Origin: Phoronis australis
Lineage: Eukaryota > Animalia > Phoronida
Assembly (NCBI GenBank): GCA_002633005.1
Contig: NMRA01000307.1
Span: forward strand, 457,361 to 521,360
Direction: 5' to 3'
Length of the DNA: 64,000 nt
A program made the translations under genes and the position numbers. Below the pieces are notes generated by a model that was not told where the DNA came from, did no database searches, and was given only the letters and a program-made list of their open reading frames with translations. Shown piece after piece: positions 40,001 to 53,232 of this stretch. The first letter of the stretch is position 1. Each line of letters opens with the position of its first letter.

Positions 40001-43000
40001 CGACTTTTCGTCAATTTTCAGTTTAAGCCCCAACTGCTTGAGTAATTGCCCATCCCCTACTTTGTACGAAATTTCCCCTACGCACCCACCTCTTGGGTAA
40101 TCGCTCACTCCCAACTTTTGGCCAATTGTTCATTTTAAGTGCCCACTGCTTGGGTAATCGCCCACCCCCGTATCTCAGGGTTTCCCAATTTAAGCGCCCA
40201 GGTCGTTAACCCACGGGTTTACGGTAGATGAGTTACCCCACAACACAACAGTGACAATTTGCATGCATAATGGTTGCAGAGAACTTATAAAAAAACTCTG
40301 GGAAATTTTACTGTGCTAAACCTTCATACAGGAGTGCAGAATGCTGTCCAACAACTACTCTACTGCCATCTAGTGGTCGCTATCGAAAAGTGGTCATTAG
40401 CAAATTTCATGACATCCCATTCAAGCAGTGTCTGAAAGATCAGCTTTATGGATAATAGTCACTTACAACCGTTCCTGCATTTGAGAACCAGTTTCCTCCA
40501 CTGAATAAAAGGCATCACACTGGTTCTCAAAATTCAGAATTCCTGTAAGTAATTGGGATAAGACATCTGGTTAACAGCATTAATTGTCTTAGTTTACTGG
40601 CTTCTGATACATATTAGGTGTCATGGCTTAAAACTGGAATCAGGAAATCAGATGATGATTGAACGTATTTGGGCCCCAGAAACCCAAGCTCATTGGACCG
40701 AGTGTGCCCTGCATTACTCACTCAACTAAGCCCCTCTGCTAGAACTTTCCCCTGGGGCCGCCGAATCATCACAAAATGTGGAACAAAATTTTTCCGTTAC
40801 CCCTATGATTTATTGTTAGTGCTCGTCCAGTATTATGTTGACCCATTTGCGACTAATTCATTCTCTGTGCATAAGCCTTCACATAGTTTCAACAAGTTTT
40901 AGGAACTTTCTACTTAACAGCACCTACCGTCGCTCGCCCAGAACAGACGACATAACGCTTAAGAAATCCTCAATGAAATCGTTTGCTCTCTCACTGTAAT
41001 AGAAACAGGTGTTTTAATTTGGACAGGAGTGTGTAAGATTTAATAGACAAGAGCTACTCTGAAATGAACCATTACACAAGATCAAAGATCAAGCCTGGGG
41101 ACACATTCATAACGTCAGGACATTGGTCTTGCGTTCCCAAACAATTATTAATGAAAAATAATTCCATCTCACTTTAGCAAAAATACTAACTTTTTGAACA
41201 TAGCCATAACACTTAGTTATTGAGAAATAATTTGTGTAAAATATTTCTAGGGTGTAATGTAATAATAATTATTTGGCAAACCATTATACAGTAATTGTCA
41301 AGTGAGTAGTAAACTACGTAAATCTAAATTAATGACTTTAAGCATTAAAGTGGATCTCGCACGTTAATTCCTTATCTCTCAGATTGCTTGGTCAAATTAA
41401 TTAGAAACACAACATATAGTGATGATATGAATATGAAGTAGGCTGAAAAATACCAAATGTTTTCTTAGAACGAGTTTTGTGTCGAAAATGATCTGTCATA
41501 AATCATTAAGTTGCGTCCTCTAAGTATCGTGACATTGTGTTGGGAATAAAACTGCATGACACCAGTTATATGAGCCCCCAAGGTACGTCCTCAGTGCAAA
41601 GGTCACCTATTTGCATTTTTTTTTGTTTTCACATTTACAAGTTGTCAGTGAATACAACTGCACTTATACCTGGTTGGAGTTGCTGAGTGACCTCGATGGT
41701 ACAGCCACAAAATAGATATTCAACAAGTGGTTTTAATCAATTGATAAACTTAAAAGCGTCTTAATACATAATCTCTAGGGGCAGAGCTTAGTGAAGTAAA
41801 AAGACAATCTTCCATAATGATAAAACATTTGAATACGACGTCCACCAATTCTGGTCTTCATTTTCATCCCACCTGTTGACTTAAAATGTTGGCATAACAT
41901 TCTCTACTTTCATTGGTTGAATTCACTCCTCCAAGTCCTGGGTCTGTTTCATGAAAGTGACTTAAGATTTAAGGCAGATGTCTTAGTAATACGATCCCAC
42001 TTCACATTTGCTGCATAAATATTTAGACAATTAATCATAAACGCATCATAGTCTAGAAATGGTTAACAGTAACCAGCAGCTATGTGCCTATTCTCAGACA
42101 CTTTGCACTTTTACTCCAGTGAGATTTAAGTATTTGTCAGAAATAATTACGTGGAGCATAGGACCAAATTTCTGTCATAGCCACTTTTCATGAAAGAGAC
42201 ACCTGGATATTCAAACTCACCTTTGTTCAATCACAGGTTGTACACAGCAGATATTGAGGACATGTCGGAATAACTGCACTAGGCCAGTCTCAGCCCTTCT
42301 CATGTGGTACCACAATCGTCTCTGACCACTGCGTTGTGCAAAAGAAACACTAAATTGAACAGTCAATTTAAGTGATGATGAAATAATAAATACAGAAGTG
42401 TACTGAGTAAGTGTACATGATTGGCAGAAACCAATTGAGACGATATTTCAAGCTAAGGCAGTTTGAGCAACAGTATACACACATTAATTGTTATTAGCTA
42501 GATCAAACTTTTATATCAGATTTCAGCTTACGATTTACTAGAAATAATGCGGAATTACCTGTCGCTTGTGAATTTTCTTTCTTTGAGAGCATCCTTCAAA
42601 AGTGGTATGATGCCATCATGTAACACAGCCATTCTAAAAGTGAATAGTGTAATGTCCAGCGTATTCATGGAAAACAAAATCTATAACTGGATTCCAACTT
42701 CCACAACAACCTTAATGTGGTGACTTATCTTAGAATTCAAATAAGCATAACTGGATAGCGTTAAGACAGTTGTCTTTTCTATAACACAGACTTGGCCATG
42801 AGCGCAAGTAAAAAATGGTTTCCAAGTTGAGATTTTAGGGAAATAGTTCCCCCATCAGAGAAAGCAAAGCATAGAGTCACCACTTGAGCTTGACAACTAA
42901 TCTTCTAAAGATTTATTAAATAATGAAATTGAAATCATTTTAAGCCCCCGAGTCCTAATATAGTGTTGTTTTATTATGATGACTTAGTGAGACAGGTTTC

Positions 43001-46000
43001 ATATGTGAAAATAAACAAGCAATTTGTCAGGCTTGAAAAAAAAACATGCCAACAAATCTAAGATGTTACAAAAAGTATCCCAATGTATCTAAGAGACTTA
43101 TTGCACTAACTGTGTAACAAAAGTGTATTAATGTTCAATTAAAACCAGAGTTTTAGAGAAGCATTTTCTTTAAATTCACAACATGAGCCTACAAGTAGTA
43201 TATAGTACTACGGGTTTCAAAGGCGAGTGCTGCTTAACGTTGTCAGTAGATTCCATCAGAAATAACCAGGGTAATTGTTCCAGATCTGCAAGACAATCTG
43301 CAGCATGAAACTCAAAGCCAACATTTTTGGCACGTTAAACTGTCCCAGAAACCTGTTTCAACTTAGTTTCAAGTTACAGATTTCTTGGCCTCCAAAAGTA
43401 AACTCAAAACGCGTAATTTGAGACCTGAAAACTGCTAGCTTCTTGTACGACTAATTCTAACTAATTAGGATCTCACCTGACACAAAAGGCACTAGAGTGG
43501 TATGCTTTACATGCCGGGGGATAAGCTTCCAGAAATGACAGTATGGTGGCTCCACTGTCTGCTACATAAAGCACGATGTCGGACAAGTCCGACTCTGACA
43601 TGGTTGAGACATCTTTGGTGGGATCTGACAGCTTTTGTGGTGACATTGTCCCTGAATTACTTTTAACATTGCACTTCTGTTCGATGTTGTCAAAAATCTA
43701 AAGACAGAATGATGATAACTGGTAGTGACATCAGTCCAGGGGAGACTATTCTGTTCGACAGACTACAAGGTACAACAATTCTCTGGGACCACACAACGCA
43801 TAATGCGCCCATAAATTGTCTGAAGTAAGGACTGTTAAAAGCATCCTATTGAACATACATAAAATACAAGCTGAACATCTAACAGCATGGTATAAACTGA
43901 AAGTAGGCAGGTGGAAATTTTGTTTCAGTATGCCTGAGCGAACTCCCCAGAAATAGCTTTCCCAATTAGGTTCACCAAGTTACATACATCCATAACTAAG
44001 ACCAAGCTCAGAAGTGTAGGAGACAACTTAATTTGCACAATGCTTAATGGGGCTATTCGAGGAATTCTCCTCACGGTGTTGTTTTGAGACTATGCCCGCT
44101 TTTTGTGCAGATCCAGTCTTGCTTGGGAGGGTTCAACATACCAAGAATACTACCTGTACGCTCCATCCTGTACAATTCAAATCCTGGCAAACACTGGTAG
44201 GCAATTAAGGATTGCACAAGCGTATCTTACTGCCTGGGCTATTGTTGTGGAGGGCACAATCCCACATGCAAATGCTTACTGTCAAGACTGTTTGTACACT
44301 ATGGTGCAGGTCGTCATCATATTTGGGCTGCTGTGTGAAGATATTCTGTATCATCTTGGATACCAGCTGACCGTTACTATGATGATACAGCGCACACAGG
44401 TCCATCAGTTTGGGAATGTCAAACAAGAAGTTCTCATAAATGATGTCACCAAACACGGCGGGGGTAATGAAACTCTCCTGAAATGATATGCAAGACCACT
44501 TAGTTCTAATGAAAAATCTTATCAATTTTGAATGAAGACTATTGCTAACGGGAAGTTCTGATCTCATAAATGGTACAAACATGCCAGGGGATGAAGAAAT
44601 GATTCTAGAGGCCACTGCAAAACATTAAAGGTATAGATTTGGACTTTTCCAAGCTTTGTAAATGAACAAGTTCACACAACTTGAAATGGAAATAAAAACG
44701 CATTGTACCAGCTGCCTGTTCTCGTCACCTCATTATGCTACCTGTTCTCATCATCACCTCATTATACTGCCTGTTCTCATCGTCACCTCATTAGGTAGCC
44801 TATGCTCATCATCACCTCATTATACTATCAGACACAAACTGCACCGAAGACATGAGTCATGTTGATGAATGGGTGCAACTCTTTGACAAACACAAGGTTT
44901 TTAGGAAATTCGAAAAAAAAATAAATAGCTGAATTATAGTGGTCACATGAATCTCACATAGACTAATCAAAATTGTCGTCTGTTAATGGTCAAGTTGTGC
45001 GAATCTACTAAGAATGCAATACACTGTGATGACACATTGAGGAGGTTTGTCTGTCATCTAGGTGACTTGTCTAGTCATAATATTATCATTACATATAGTT
45101 AAACTGTAGATCTATACCTTTAAGGCTGACGAAATTTGGATGAAAAGTACTTCCAAAACTGCTCTTTCTAGACTTCAGAAGGGCTTGCAGTATTCTAATG
45201 TATGGTGAACATTTTTAAAGATTGATGGAAATACTTCATCTAATGAATTTTGCAATATGCAAGAAATAATAAAATTTCGCTTGCCACCAATAATGTGTCC
45301 CATAATGGCACGATTTAATCAGATAATGAACTGCTTCAATAGCTATTTTGATACGGCTACCTAAAAACGATTGTTTAAAAAAAAAGACAGGTTGAAGCTA
45401 TAGTGCACTGTCCAAATTCATCTGTACTCTGAATGGCCCATGAATTTGTAATTCAAAACACTTTTTAACATTAATTTTCTGATATTACTCTTGGTCACCT
45501 CACCGTTCCAATCAAACAACAACTTACAGATAATACTTCCATTTAAATGACAGTTTAAAACTCAACAGACCAACCATGGCATAGAAAACAAAAGAGGGCG
45601 CTAGCTGCCAAAACTGTAGCCTAACCTTGCTTTCCTTGTGAGTAGCCATCCTCACATACACCATGAAAACCAGACGGCTGACAACCTGAACACGGTCCAC
45701 GACATCATCAGGCAGAGTTTCATCACAGTGACTGGAGTAAATGATAATGATAAACTAAATTCATCACACCTAAAGAACACGCTTAAAGTATACAGACAAA
45801 ATGAAATCTAAAATTCTACACCAATTTTAAAACGGAAACGAATTGAAAGCTCGACGTTTTTTGACAGAAAGCACGAGATTAATGTCTCTTTGAATCAAAA
45901 TTGTAAAATATTGAACTTGTAAATGGTACAATCATCAAACTAAAAAAACATTTTGAATGTAAAATGCGAAATGCACCAAAAACAATTTCCAAAAGTATTG

Positions 46001-49000
46001 CAGAAATACCCAAGTTCAAACATTGAGAATAAATAAACACGTCACACTTTAAAACAAATTTTAAAGAAATGACGGGCATAGTGATGGACTAAATAACAGA
46101 CAATAGTAATGCAGTAAGACTGCAGTGATTATCTACTTATTTTGCACAAAATTGTCAAATTTTTCCAATTCTCAAAGACTGATAACCTTGTTACCGAAAC
46201 CTTTACACAATGTTGTTTTACGACATCTACACAAAAGTCATGCTAGTAAAATGTTCTTAATCTTTACTTTTGTGGGGAAATTTGACAGACTAGAATTTCC
46301 CTTGTCCGCCATATTGCATGCTAAATGAATGAAGACTTAGGGTAGTTATGCAAGTAATCTTACTTCCACAGGAATCACACAGGGTCTGGTGAATGCAAAT
46401 CTTTTCTCAAGAGAACATTGCTTTTCTAATTACTGTTCTTTTCACTTTCGAACAACAGACATCACAAAGTGTACACACAGAACAACATATCAAAACTATC
46501 TGCATTCTTTAGAAAAAAGATGCTCGGAATTTCAATGAGTTTTGTGAGACACGGAAACTATCTAAAACAAGAAATTTCAACAACGCAATAACAACTAATA
46601 AAAATTTACTGTGCTGGTAAAGACTTGTCAAAACAAATTACGAGACAACAAAATGTCAAAGCACAACGACATACCGTGGTGCAAACTTCAAAAATGAATC
46701 AAGACAAGCCTGCAAAGTGTCATCAAATATCACCTGGAAATATAAGCAAAATACAAATTTGATTATACAATGCAAATCTGCAGTATCTCAAGACATGATT
46801 GTTAAACACGGCTTGCCAGCCTGACTCTCAAATACATGGAAATCACATCTCCCATCAAATGTTAATTTGTAACATTAATTGTCCACGCTCATGATAATGA
46901 GAAAAAGAGCAACGGGTAATGTTGATACGCGTCCACCGTGAACATCACATATAACACAGAAACACTTGGGAAGATATTTTTTTTTAACCGAAAGAAGGCA
47001 TCATTGCCAGATTTCATGAGTCTGTGCAGGAACTCCAAGGATACATACTGAGGAAAATGGAGAAAAAATATGCCACCAGGGGGCACAGTGGTAGTTGGAT
47101 CCATCTGAAAGTCGTCGTCACCAGTTGTCACCTTCATATAAATTTACTTGCCAAATTTAACAAAGATCCTGGTGAGGGTTTAGGAGATACAGCCATGGAC
47201 ACAAAAAACTGTTACTATTAATAGCAACTGTAGCTGCAGCCATCCGAAAATCATCGTCAGCAATCATCTTTCCAGTAAGAATATATATGGCAATTTTTAT
47301 ATCCTTACAGTGGTTTGGTCTAAAGAGGGCCGTACACCAAAAAACAGACTCAAAAACAGTAAAAAAGGCCACTAGCTGGCACAAAATATGTCGAATCAAC
47401 TGGAAAATGTGAAGGTGACCAAATTTCATGAAAATCCGTTAAGGAACACCAACGATACCTAGAGGCAAACGTGAAACCTAAATAAATTGCCACTAGGGGG
47501 CACATCGGTCGTAGGATCCGTCCAAAAATTTGCTCATGTCATCAGATTCATGATCGGAACATATAATGCAAAATTTCATAAACATACATAAAGGGTTTGG
47601 CGATACAGCAGCGGACGCCGGACGAACAGACAGAGATGATGGCTTAATGTATACCGTACATAAAAATAAACAAAGTAAAAAATATTGGGAACCAGCGAGT
47701 GAATAAGTAGGGCCCAGTTGGTAATGAAAATAAAATCTCACAAATCTCAGACACAACATGGCAAACAAATACAGCTACCACTGGACAATATTTCAAATAA
47801 ATGTGGGCATTTACAAAAATGAATAAAGAGAAAGTGCAATTTTGGGAAATATTTGCATCCGAAATTGGAGAGATTTTACCGTAAGTTGTCATAAAATCTT
47901 TCTCAGTCATATTCTTTCACCTCACACCACACCATGTCACAATCTTTCACCTCACACACCACACCATGTCACAATCTTTCACCTCACACACCACACCATG
48001 TCACAATCTTTCACCTCACACACCACACCATGTCACAATCTTTCACCTCACACACCACACCATGTCACAATCTTTCACCTCACACACCACACCATNTGTC
48101 ACAATCTTTCACCTCACACCACACCATGTCGCAATCTTTCAACTCACACACCACACCATGTCACAATCTTTCAACTCACACATTACACCAGGTCACAATC
48201 TTTCACCTCACACAAAACACATCACAGTTTTTCACCACACACACCACACCATTTTGTCGCCATCAATATCGAATACAGAAATGAGGATTACATTAGTTTA
48301 CTAGCAGAGTATCAAATCTACAGGCATACCTGACACCAAAATTTATAATGAGGCAACTTCAACAGCCAAGTCAGGTCATCTGTAATGAAGCGAAGCCTCT
48401 CACACCACTCTTCAAACACGGCCCCAGAGTAAATACCCAGGGGAAGTGGGCGGTATGTGACGAAGTTGACATTGTCTTTCCAGTATGGATGCTGAAAACA
48501 AGACAGTTGGTAAATTAAGTTAGTAACAAGGCCAAGAAGATTACGAGGACAAGGTTAATAGTGAACCAAGTTCAAGGAGACATGCTTTGCCTTGTGAGTA
48601 AAATCAATGAAGTGGCGAGCAGTTGAGAGATCGTTCTTTTGAAATTTGAAACTAAAATAAAATGCTTCGATATCAACAGAAATTAAAAATCTTTACGAAC
48701 AAACCCTGAAAATACCAGGTGAACAGGTTCAATTCTCCTTAAGTGGCAGAGAATTACTAACTTAAATATTGCAATTTAGTCTGTTTATCGCGTACAAGGC
48801 CTCTTTAAATTGCTTGTTAACTGAAGAATGGTAGCAGAAAGTCCACAGTTGTGCAGTCAACTCTACAAATGATTCAAAATTAAAGAGGTTCCAAATTCGT
48901 TAAAAACACAGAATCCTCAGCACAAACACTACCGTATTCTCTCAGGAGTAGCCGTGCAGTTTCTGCAGGTAAGAACCAGAGAAAATTGTTCAATTGACTG

Positions 49001-52000
49001 GTCACATAAATGTGTGCAATCTTTTTGGTCCACCTTATTTCATTGGATAAATCAAATTTGCCTTTAACTTATGGTATTGGGGACGTAATCTTCAGCACAT
49101 CCACAGGACCAAATATTTTGAATTTAATAATAACCTTAAGCAAGTATCACATATACTACCAGAGATTTGCCAAATGCTTGCCATGTTTCAATTTACTAAA
49201 AACAGAAATATTTGAATATTACAAAAACGACTAATTGATTTTCAAAAATAATTGGCAATTGCAAGTTTTCAACAGTCAAAACTAATATGTGACCTACGAT
49301 GAATGTGAGTGACTGGGAAAGCAGATAATATTCACATTGTTCGTATTTATCCCAGTTCAACTTTACCTCTTGGAATGTTGTCTGCATCACTGAACAAATG
49401 TTTCAAACAAATTGACACCTTTCATCAAATTTTGTACTTCCACTCCATGGTATTTCTGCATAAGCTTATAGTACAAGATGTTGTGATACATACATATTTT
49501 CTTGGAATGTCACCTAAGAGATAATTGATAAATAGGGTAAAAGTGACAAAAGACAACTCCCTTGGGTCACCAAAGTGTTTACAACGGTTGACACCCCACA
49601 ACTTGACGTTTCCGAAAGCACCGTCTCTAAATGCTGTTGTGATTTCCCAACAAGTCTAGTTAATTTCAGTTTCAGTTTCAGTATTGTATAAAGGGTTGGA
49701 TATAACGTGCCTTAATTTTGAGAACCAGTTTTCTACACTGAATAACGGGCATAAAACTAGTTTATTCAACAATTATTTTAACGTTTGTACTCCCTCGTTT
49801 TAATGACAGAAATATGTTAATTCCATTACTACCTTATTTTAACCAAAGTCAAATCTAGACTGATGGTGACTGTGCACACCAAGTGAATAGGACGTGAAGG
49901 GAAATGTGGTATGGACCTTTTTATAAACGTGAAGCTCAACCATTAGGGTAAGCTATAGACTGTGAATACAGTACAGTTATTGTATTAAAATGTGAAAAAA
50001 TGCAATTTCAAAAAGTTTCTGTAATTTGGGGTCCTGATATCCACGCCATAACATTAAATGCTATACATATCAAAACATACCACTAATTTTTAAAGTTGCT
50101 ACTTAGGCTAACTTACATTAGATTCCCACTATGCACGAAGACAAATATTTCGATATCAAGCCCATAAAATAATTATAATCCCTACATTGTTCCCTATGCA
50201 GAAATGGGTACTTTTCATACAGGCGCTCAGGAGTGACGTGTGCTTGCTCCGGACTCAAATTTGGTGTACAGATATTTCGACTACAACATAGAGGTTCGTT
50301 AATTTAAAAGCAGACGGATAAATTCCACTATCAGCCCCTCCCAATGTTTGATTAGTCAACAGGGACCTCAATCCCTCGATTTTGGGGCCAAATCTCAAAT
50401 ATATTGAAAAATGACGCGAAATTCCCCCCTCATGAGGCCCAAAAATTCTCCTCAAGTGATTGAAAAATTCCTCTCGAGGTTTGAATCACTTGTATCTCAC
50501 ACAGGTGACAATTTGAAATAGCACAAAATGTTAGTTTTGGCTACTTGAGAATGGACCTATGAAGGATTTCAACAGAGTGGGGTGGGCTATTGATGGTTAT
50601 CAGGAGGTAGAATTTTCCCCAAAAATTTCCTCTCAGAACTTCTGAGTCACAAGGCATGGGGACCTTTCTCTTCAAATGAATGAGGACCCTGGTTCAAATT
50701 CACTGATTTATTTTAAGCTTTTTGACACGGGCTGGGATCGCAACTGTACCACTTTATCAGATGCAGCTACTGGCTTTTGCGCAGATTCTTTTTTGCAGTG
50801 TAAAATTTATGGAACATGATGTCTTTGTTCATCCATTGATATTTCAAAAGGTTTGCCTTTTTCTGTCAGGCATTAGTCATACCATCGCACAGCAATGGAA
50901 ACTTGCTGGCATCACGATAGCAGGAAATACATTAGAACACTGTTTATACCACTGTCCCTTAGGTTGATATTAAATCCTAAAAATGTGTCAACAATTAAGC
51001 AGAGACGGAGAAAAAAAAACATTCTAAAGAGAACAAGTCAATGTACCACACAGTTGTCTGACGAAAGGGTATAATTTTTTTTTGGAAATTCGTTCGAAAC
51101 ATCAAAAGTAGATATGACCAAATTGCTTCGACCGTGTTAGGGATTAGGTAAATACTGAATGTGGGATTATGTTTCTTCTTGTAAATTGCTGATAAAAATG
51201 CTTTCTACATGAATCAGATCACCTGCTCGTTTTTTTGACGAGTTGAAGGTCTTGTGGTGGCTCATCGCATTTTGCTGTCATTTGCAAGTCACATCTGGTT
51301 TAATTTGTTGATCAAGAATATTAACATCAAGCGAAGCCTAGGTCCTGGTGAGGTAAGGACTACCAGGACTAACAGTTCAGTTGTCATTGATCTGCAAGAA
51401 TGACTGATGTTATTAAAATTAGTGTTTATTAAAATAAAAACCAGGCTAGAAATTGAAGCTAAAAAATACTTGACCATCATTTCTGCGTTTTTGGTTTTAA
51501 TAATTCTTCTATCTATTTCATGTGTTAGCTTTCAAATATCAATCTGGATCAAGTTGCATTTTAAAAATAATACATCTAGTTCAAAGCATAACCTGAAACA
51601 TCTCGTTTTAGAGCTTAATTTCAATTTTAATTGGACAGAGCAAGCACAATTATCATGTTCCTTCGGGGCCACCTTTATCCGAGGGGAAAGGTGCCTGCTC
51701 CTTCTGATACGGGAATTTTTTCGCCGAGTGAGGGGGAAATTCTGCCGATCACCATCAATAGCAACCCCGCCACGTAGTAGGCTCTCATAGGCTGTCTCAA
51801 GTAGCTCTTTCAAATTGTCACCTGCATGGGTTACAAGTGCTTTGAACTTCAAAAGGAAAATTTCGGGGAATTTTAAAGCCTCGTGAGGGGAATTTTTAAT
51901 ATTTTTTGAAATATTCGGCCTCAAAATCGAGGCATTGAGGGCCGTCCTTTGCAGAAAAAATGTTTCAACCTGTAGTCATGAAAACACAGCCTGGGTGGCC

Positions 52001-52907
52001 GAAGATTCGACGGTGGTTGCTTTGATGCTTGGCAACCAAGATGCAACAAAATGTGATCAAACTTTCGAAAACATTACTAGGAAATATTTTCCTTCGTCGC
52101 GACGTATGGCAACGAACCAACGCTTCCGAATTTCAATGTCTTTAGGGATTTCCATATTTTTTCTGTTCCCATTTGAGCAACTTGAAACACAACAATACCA
52201 CTTAGCCACTTTACGGAGCTATCGTAGTGAGCCTTGTTTTGGAGTGTGTTTCTTGTCTCAGGGTGAAGTATAGGTATGAGCAGGCCTTCATGCAGTGCGT
52301 ATGTCCTGGGCATCCAAATGGATGCACTAATCTGAGCTCCCTGACAAGGACGCCCAATGTATCACTTGGACGCCCAGTGTCAATAGGAACTTTTCAAGTT
52401 TGGACTCACACATTGTAATGAATACTAGGAAGCCTCTGAAGGCTCACAGTGGGGGCTCTTTTTTAAAAGCAGGAAGAAATATACAATGCATATACAAAGT
52501 ATATGCATTGTTGCTATTTTGACACTTGATTGACAGCATTGTAAGTCTTGGTCTGCACAGTTTTTTTTATTAAAAATGCTCACCATAGAAGGCTGTTAAA
52601 TAAACTTAGATGTAAAAACCTTGATCTATGCATTTTTTGTAAAAAAAATCTGTGTATTTGGGAGTATTGATGGGGGTGGGGGGTTACGCGTTGGAATCAT
52701 GGACGCCCTGGAATGTTGGGAACCCCATTTTGGACACCCTATTTTCAAAATCCTGGATAAAGGCCAGGGTATGAGGTTCACATAATTCAGGGGAAGCATG
52801 ACTACAAGTCAACAGACAGGACTACTCACCAAAGCTGGAATTTTCTCTTCTTTATCACATTTTGAGTCCTCCTTCAGTAACAGCTTTTTATCAAGAGGAA
52901 AAACCAT
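31025..52907 (-). CDS. ASCC2: Activating signal cointegrator 1 complex subunit 2 (CUE-domain ubiquitin-binding protein), 17 exons, 746 aa
   Basis: Exons 52907-52830, 48491-48330, 46733-46675, 45731-45626, 44477-44280, 43697-43477, 42633-42559, 42328-42221, 40993-40928, 39817-39743, 39375-39171, 38624-38520, 34961-34858, 34335-34213, 33912-33715, 33259-33202, 31324-31025 (2241 nt, phases consistent). Diagnostic motifs LPHYKFWCQVIFD, RMATHKESK, NFLFDIPKLMDLC, the CUE domain ELDSLISSVKDLLPDIGEGFI, YDDEYDDTYDG, RRPFTIP, and the C-terminus RANHNRKNMADRKRMKGMIPS. Confidence 0.96.
31940..32210. mobile_element. Palindromic MITE-like element in the last ASCC2 intron
   Basis: Imperfect inverted arms, e.g. 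tgataggattctatttctgtttccaac / gttggtcacggaaatggaatcctatca and tactctc / gagagta. Confidence 0.55.
34997..35295 (+). repeat. 50-bp tandem array (6 copies) derived from a SINE 5' end
   Basis: Units start at 35001, 35051 ... 35251: cagtgtggcctagtgtgtcgagtgtctgcytcctgttcacaagtaggagg; GGAGGCAGTGTGGCCT matches the SINE heads at 71-143 and 10736. Confidence 0.85.
35452..35493 (-). other. Cryptic 42-nt exon-like unit, copy A (ASCC2 intron 12)
   Basis: ctgtttttacag|42 nt|gtaat on the minus strand; paralogous to 36902-36943. Confidence 0.5.
35855..36901 (+). mobile_element. Decayed 5' part of a non-LTR retrotransposon (L1/Tx1-like): ORF1 plus the start of the ORF2 endonuclease
   Basis: ORF1 remnants: coiled-coil, DENDEENCEQLVLEFCKNIL, HRVGK, PTIVKFMSYKTKLNVLRNKRK, WSTNGKIFVK. 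ORF2 from ATG 36729: MNNLELVSLNVQGLN...LQETYF...EKEWNG, the APE endonuclease N-terminal motifs. Stops and frameshifts are present. Confidence 0.85.
36902..36943 (-). other. Cryptic 42-nt exon-like unit, copy B (ASCC2 intron 12)
   Basis: ctgtttttacag|42 nt|gtaat on the minus strand; 33/42 identical to copy A. Confidence 0.5.
38897..38995. repeat. ~16-bp tandem repeat, ~6 copies
   Basis: Unit aatactacctgtaata. Confidence 0.85.
39376..39742 (-). other. U12-type (minor spliceosome) GT-AG intron, ASCC2 intron 10
   Basis: 5' splice site GTATCCTAT; branch site TTTCCTTGAC at 39397-39388 with the branch A 14 nt from the 3' end; no long polypyrimidine tract; the frame is kept (YEI/DAARLQF). Confidence 0.88.
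39954..40224. mobile_element. Tc1/mariner (pogo/Tc2-like) MITE
   Basis: TA|CCGTAAACTCGCGGGTTAAC ... GTTAACCCACGGGTTTACGG|TA; an internal gggtaatcgccca-like motif is repeated ~4 times. Confidence 0.8.
41941..42202. mobile_element. MITE, possibly PIF/Harbinger type
   Basis: Inverted ends ggtctgtttcatgaaagtg / cacttttcatgaaagagacac with CTG on both flanks. Confidence 0.5.
44714..44826. repeat. 29-bp tandem repeat, 4 copies
   Basis: Unit cctgttctcatcatcacctcattatactg. Confidence 0.85.
46990..47670 (+). mobile_element. Helentron/HINE-like non-autonomous element with internal diverged repeats
   Basis: Repeated cores (gccac(c/t)agggggcaca..ggatcc..aaattt..agggttt.g..gatacagc), then a GGAC/AGAC microsatellite and an A-rich end. 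This layout is typical of DINE-1/HINE elements; boundaries are approximate. Confidence 0.45.
47912..48250. repeat. 32-bp minisatellite, ~9-10 copies
   Basis: Unit tcacaatctttcacctcacacaccacaccatg; contains one N at 48096; explains the His/Thr-rich ORFs at 47842-48333. Confidence 0.95.
50360..50691 (+). mobile_element. Dispersed MITE (CAGGG ends), copy 1 of 3
   Basis: cagggacctca...tgaggaccctg; the core gaggtttgaatcacttgta.ctcacacaggt.acaattt recurs inverted at ~51660-51945 and direct at ~53575-53812. Confidence 0.7.
51660..51945 (-). mobile_element. Dispersed MITE, copy 2 (inverted)
   Basis: Reverse complement of the 50360-50691 core (aaattgtcacctg...tacaagtgctttgaac). Confidence 0.65.
52281..52767. 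mobile_element. hAT MITE in ASCC2 intron 1
   Basis: Perfect 8-bp TSD GGTATGAG at 52273-52280 and 52768-52775; imperfect TIR caggccttcatgcag / ctggataaaggccag. Confidence 0.85.
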
Positions 52908-53232
52908 CTTCTCCACGAGCTAAACATGCCAATATACAGCACCGTAAGCCTCAAAATAAATGCTTAACATCCGCTAGGGATTCTTGCTTGCACCACAAAC
53001 GGAAACGGAAATGTTCATCCTTGGGAGCAGTTAGTAATTATAAATTGAATAATCAAACATTACACACATCACAAGATTTCATTCATTTTGTCTTCATTTA
53101 GTAAACGTTTGTATTAATTTAGTGTTAAATGTAACAAGTAGCGGTTAACAATTTACTCCAAAACATGCACTATAGTTGGAGATGTTCACCTGCTTACTCG
53201 CTTGCATGCTCCTTTCACAGAACGGAAACATC
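52908..53232. promoter_or_regulatory. Bidirectional promoter shared by ASCC2 and BUD13
   Basis: ATGs 326 bp apart on opposite strands; tandem ETS-like ACGGAAACGGAAAT at ~52999 and another CGGAAA at ~53223. Confidence 0.7.

Noticed and set aside
47842-48333. His/Thr-rich ORFs
   Set aside because: Translations of a 32-bp minisatellite, antisense within ASCC2 intron 2.
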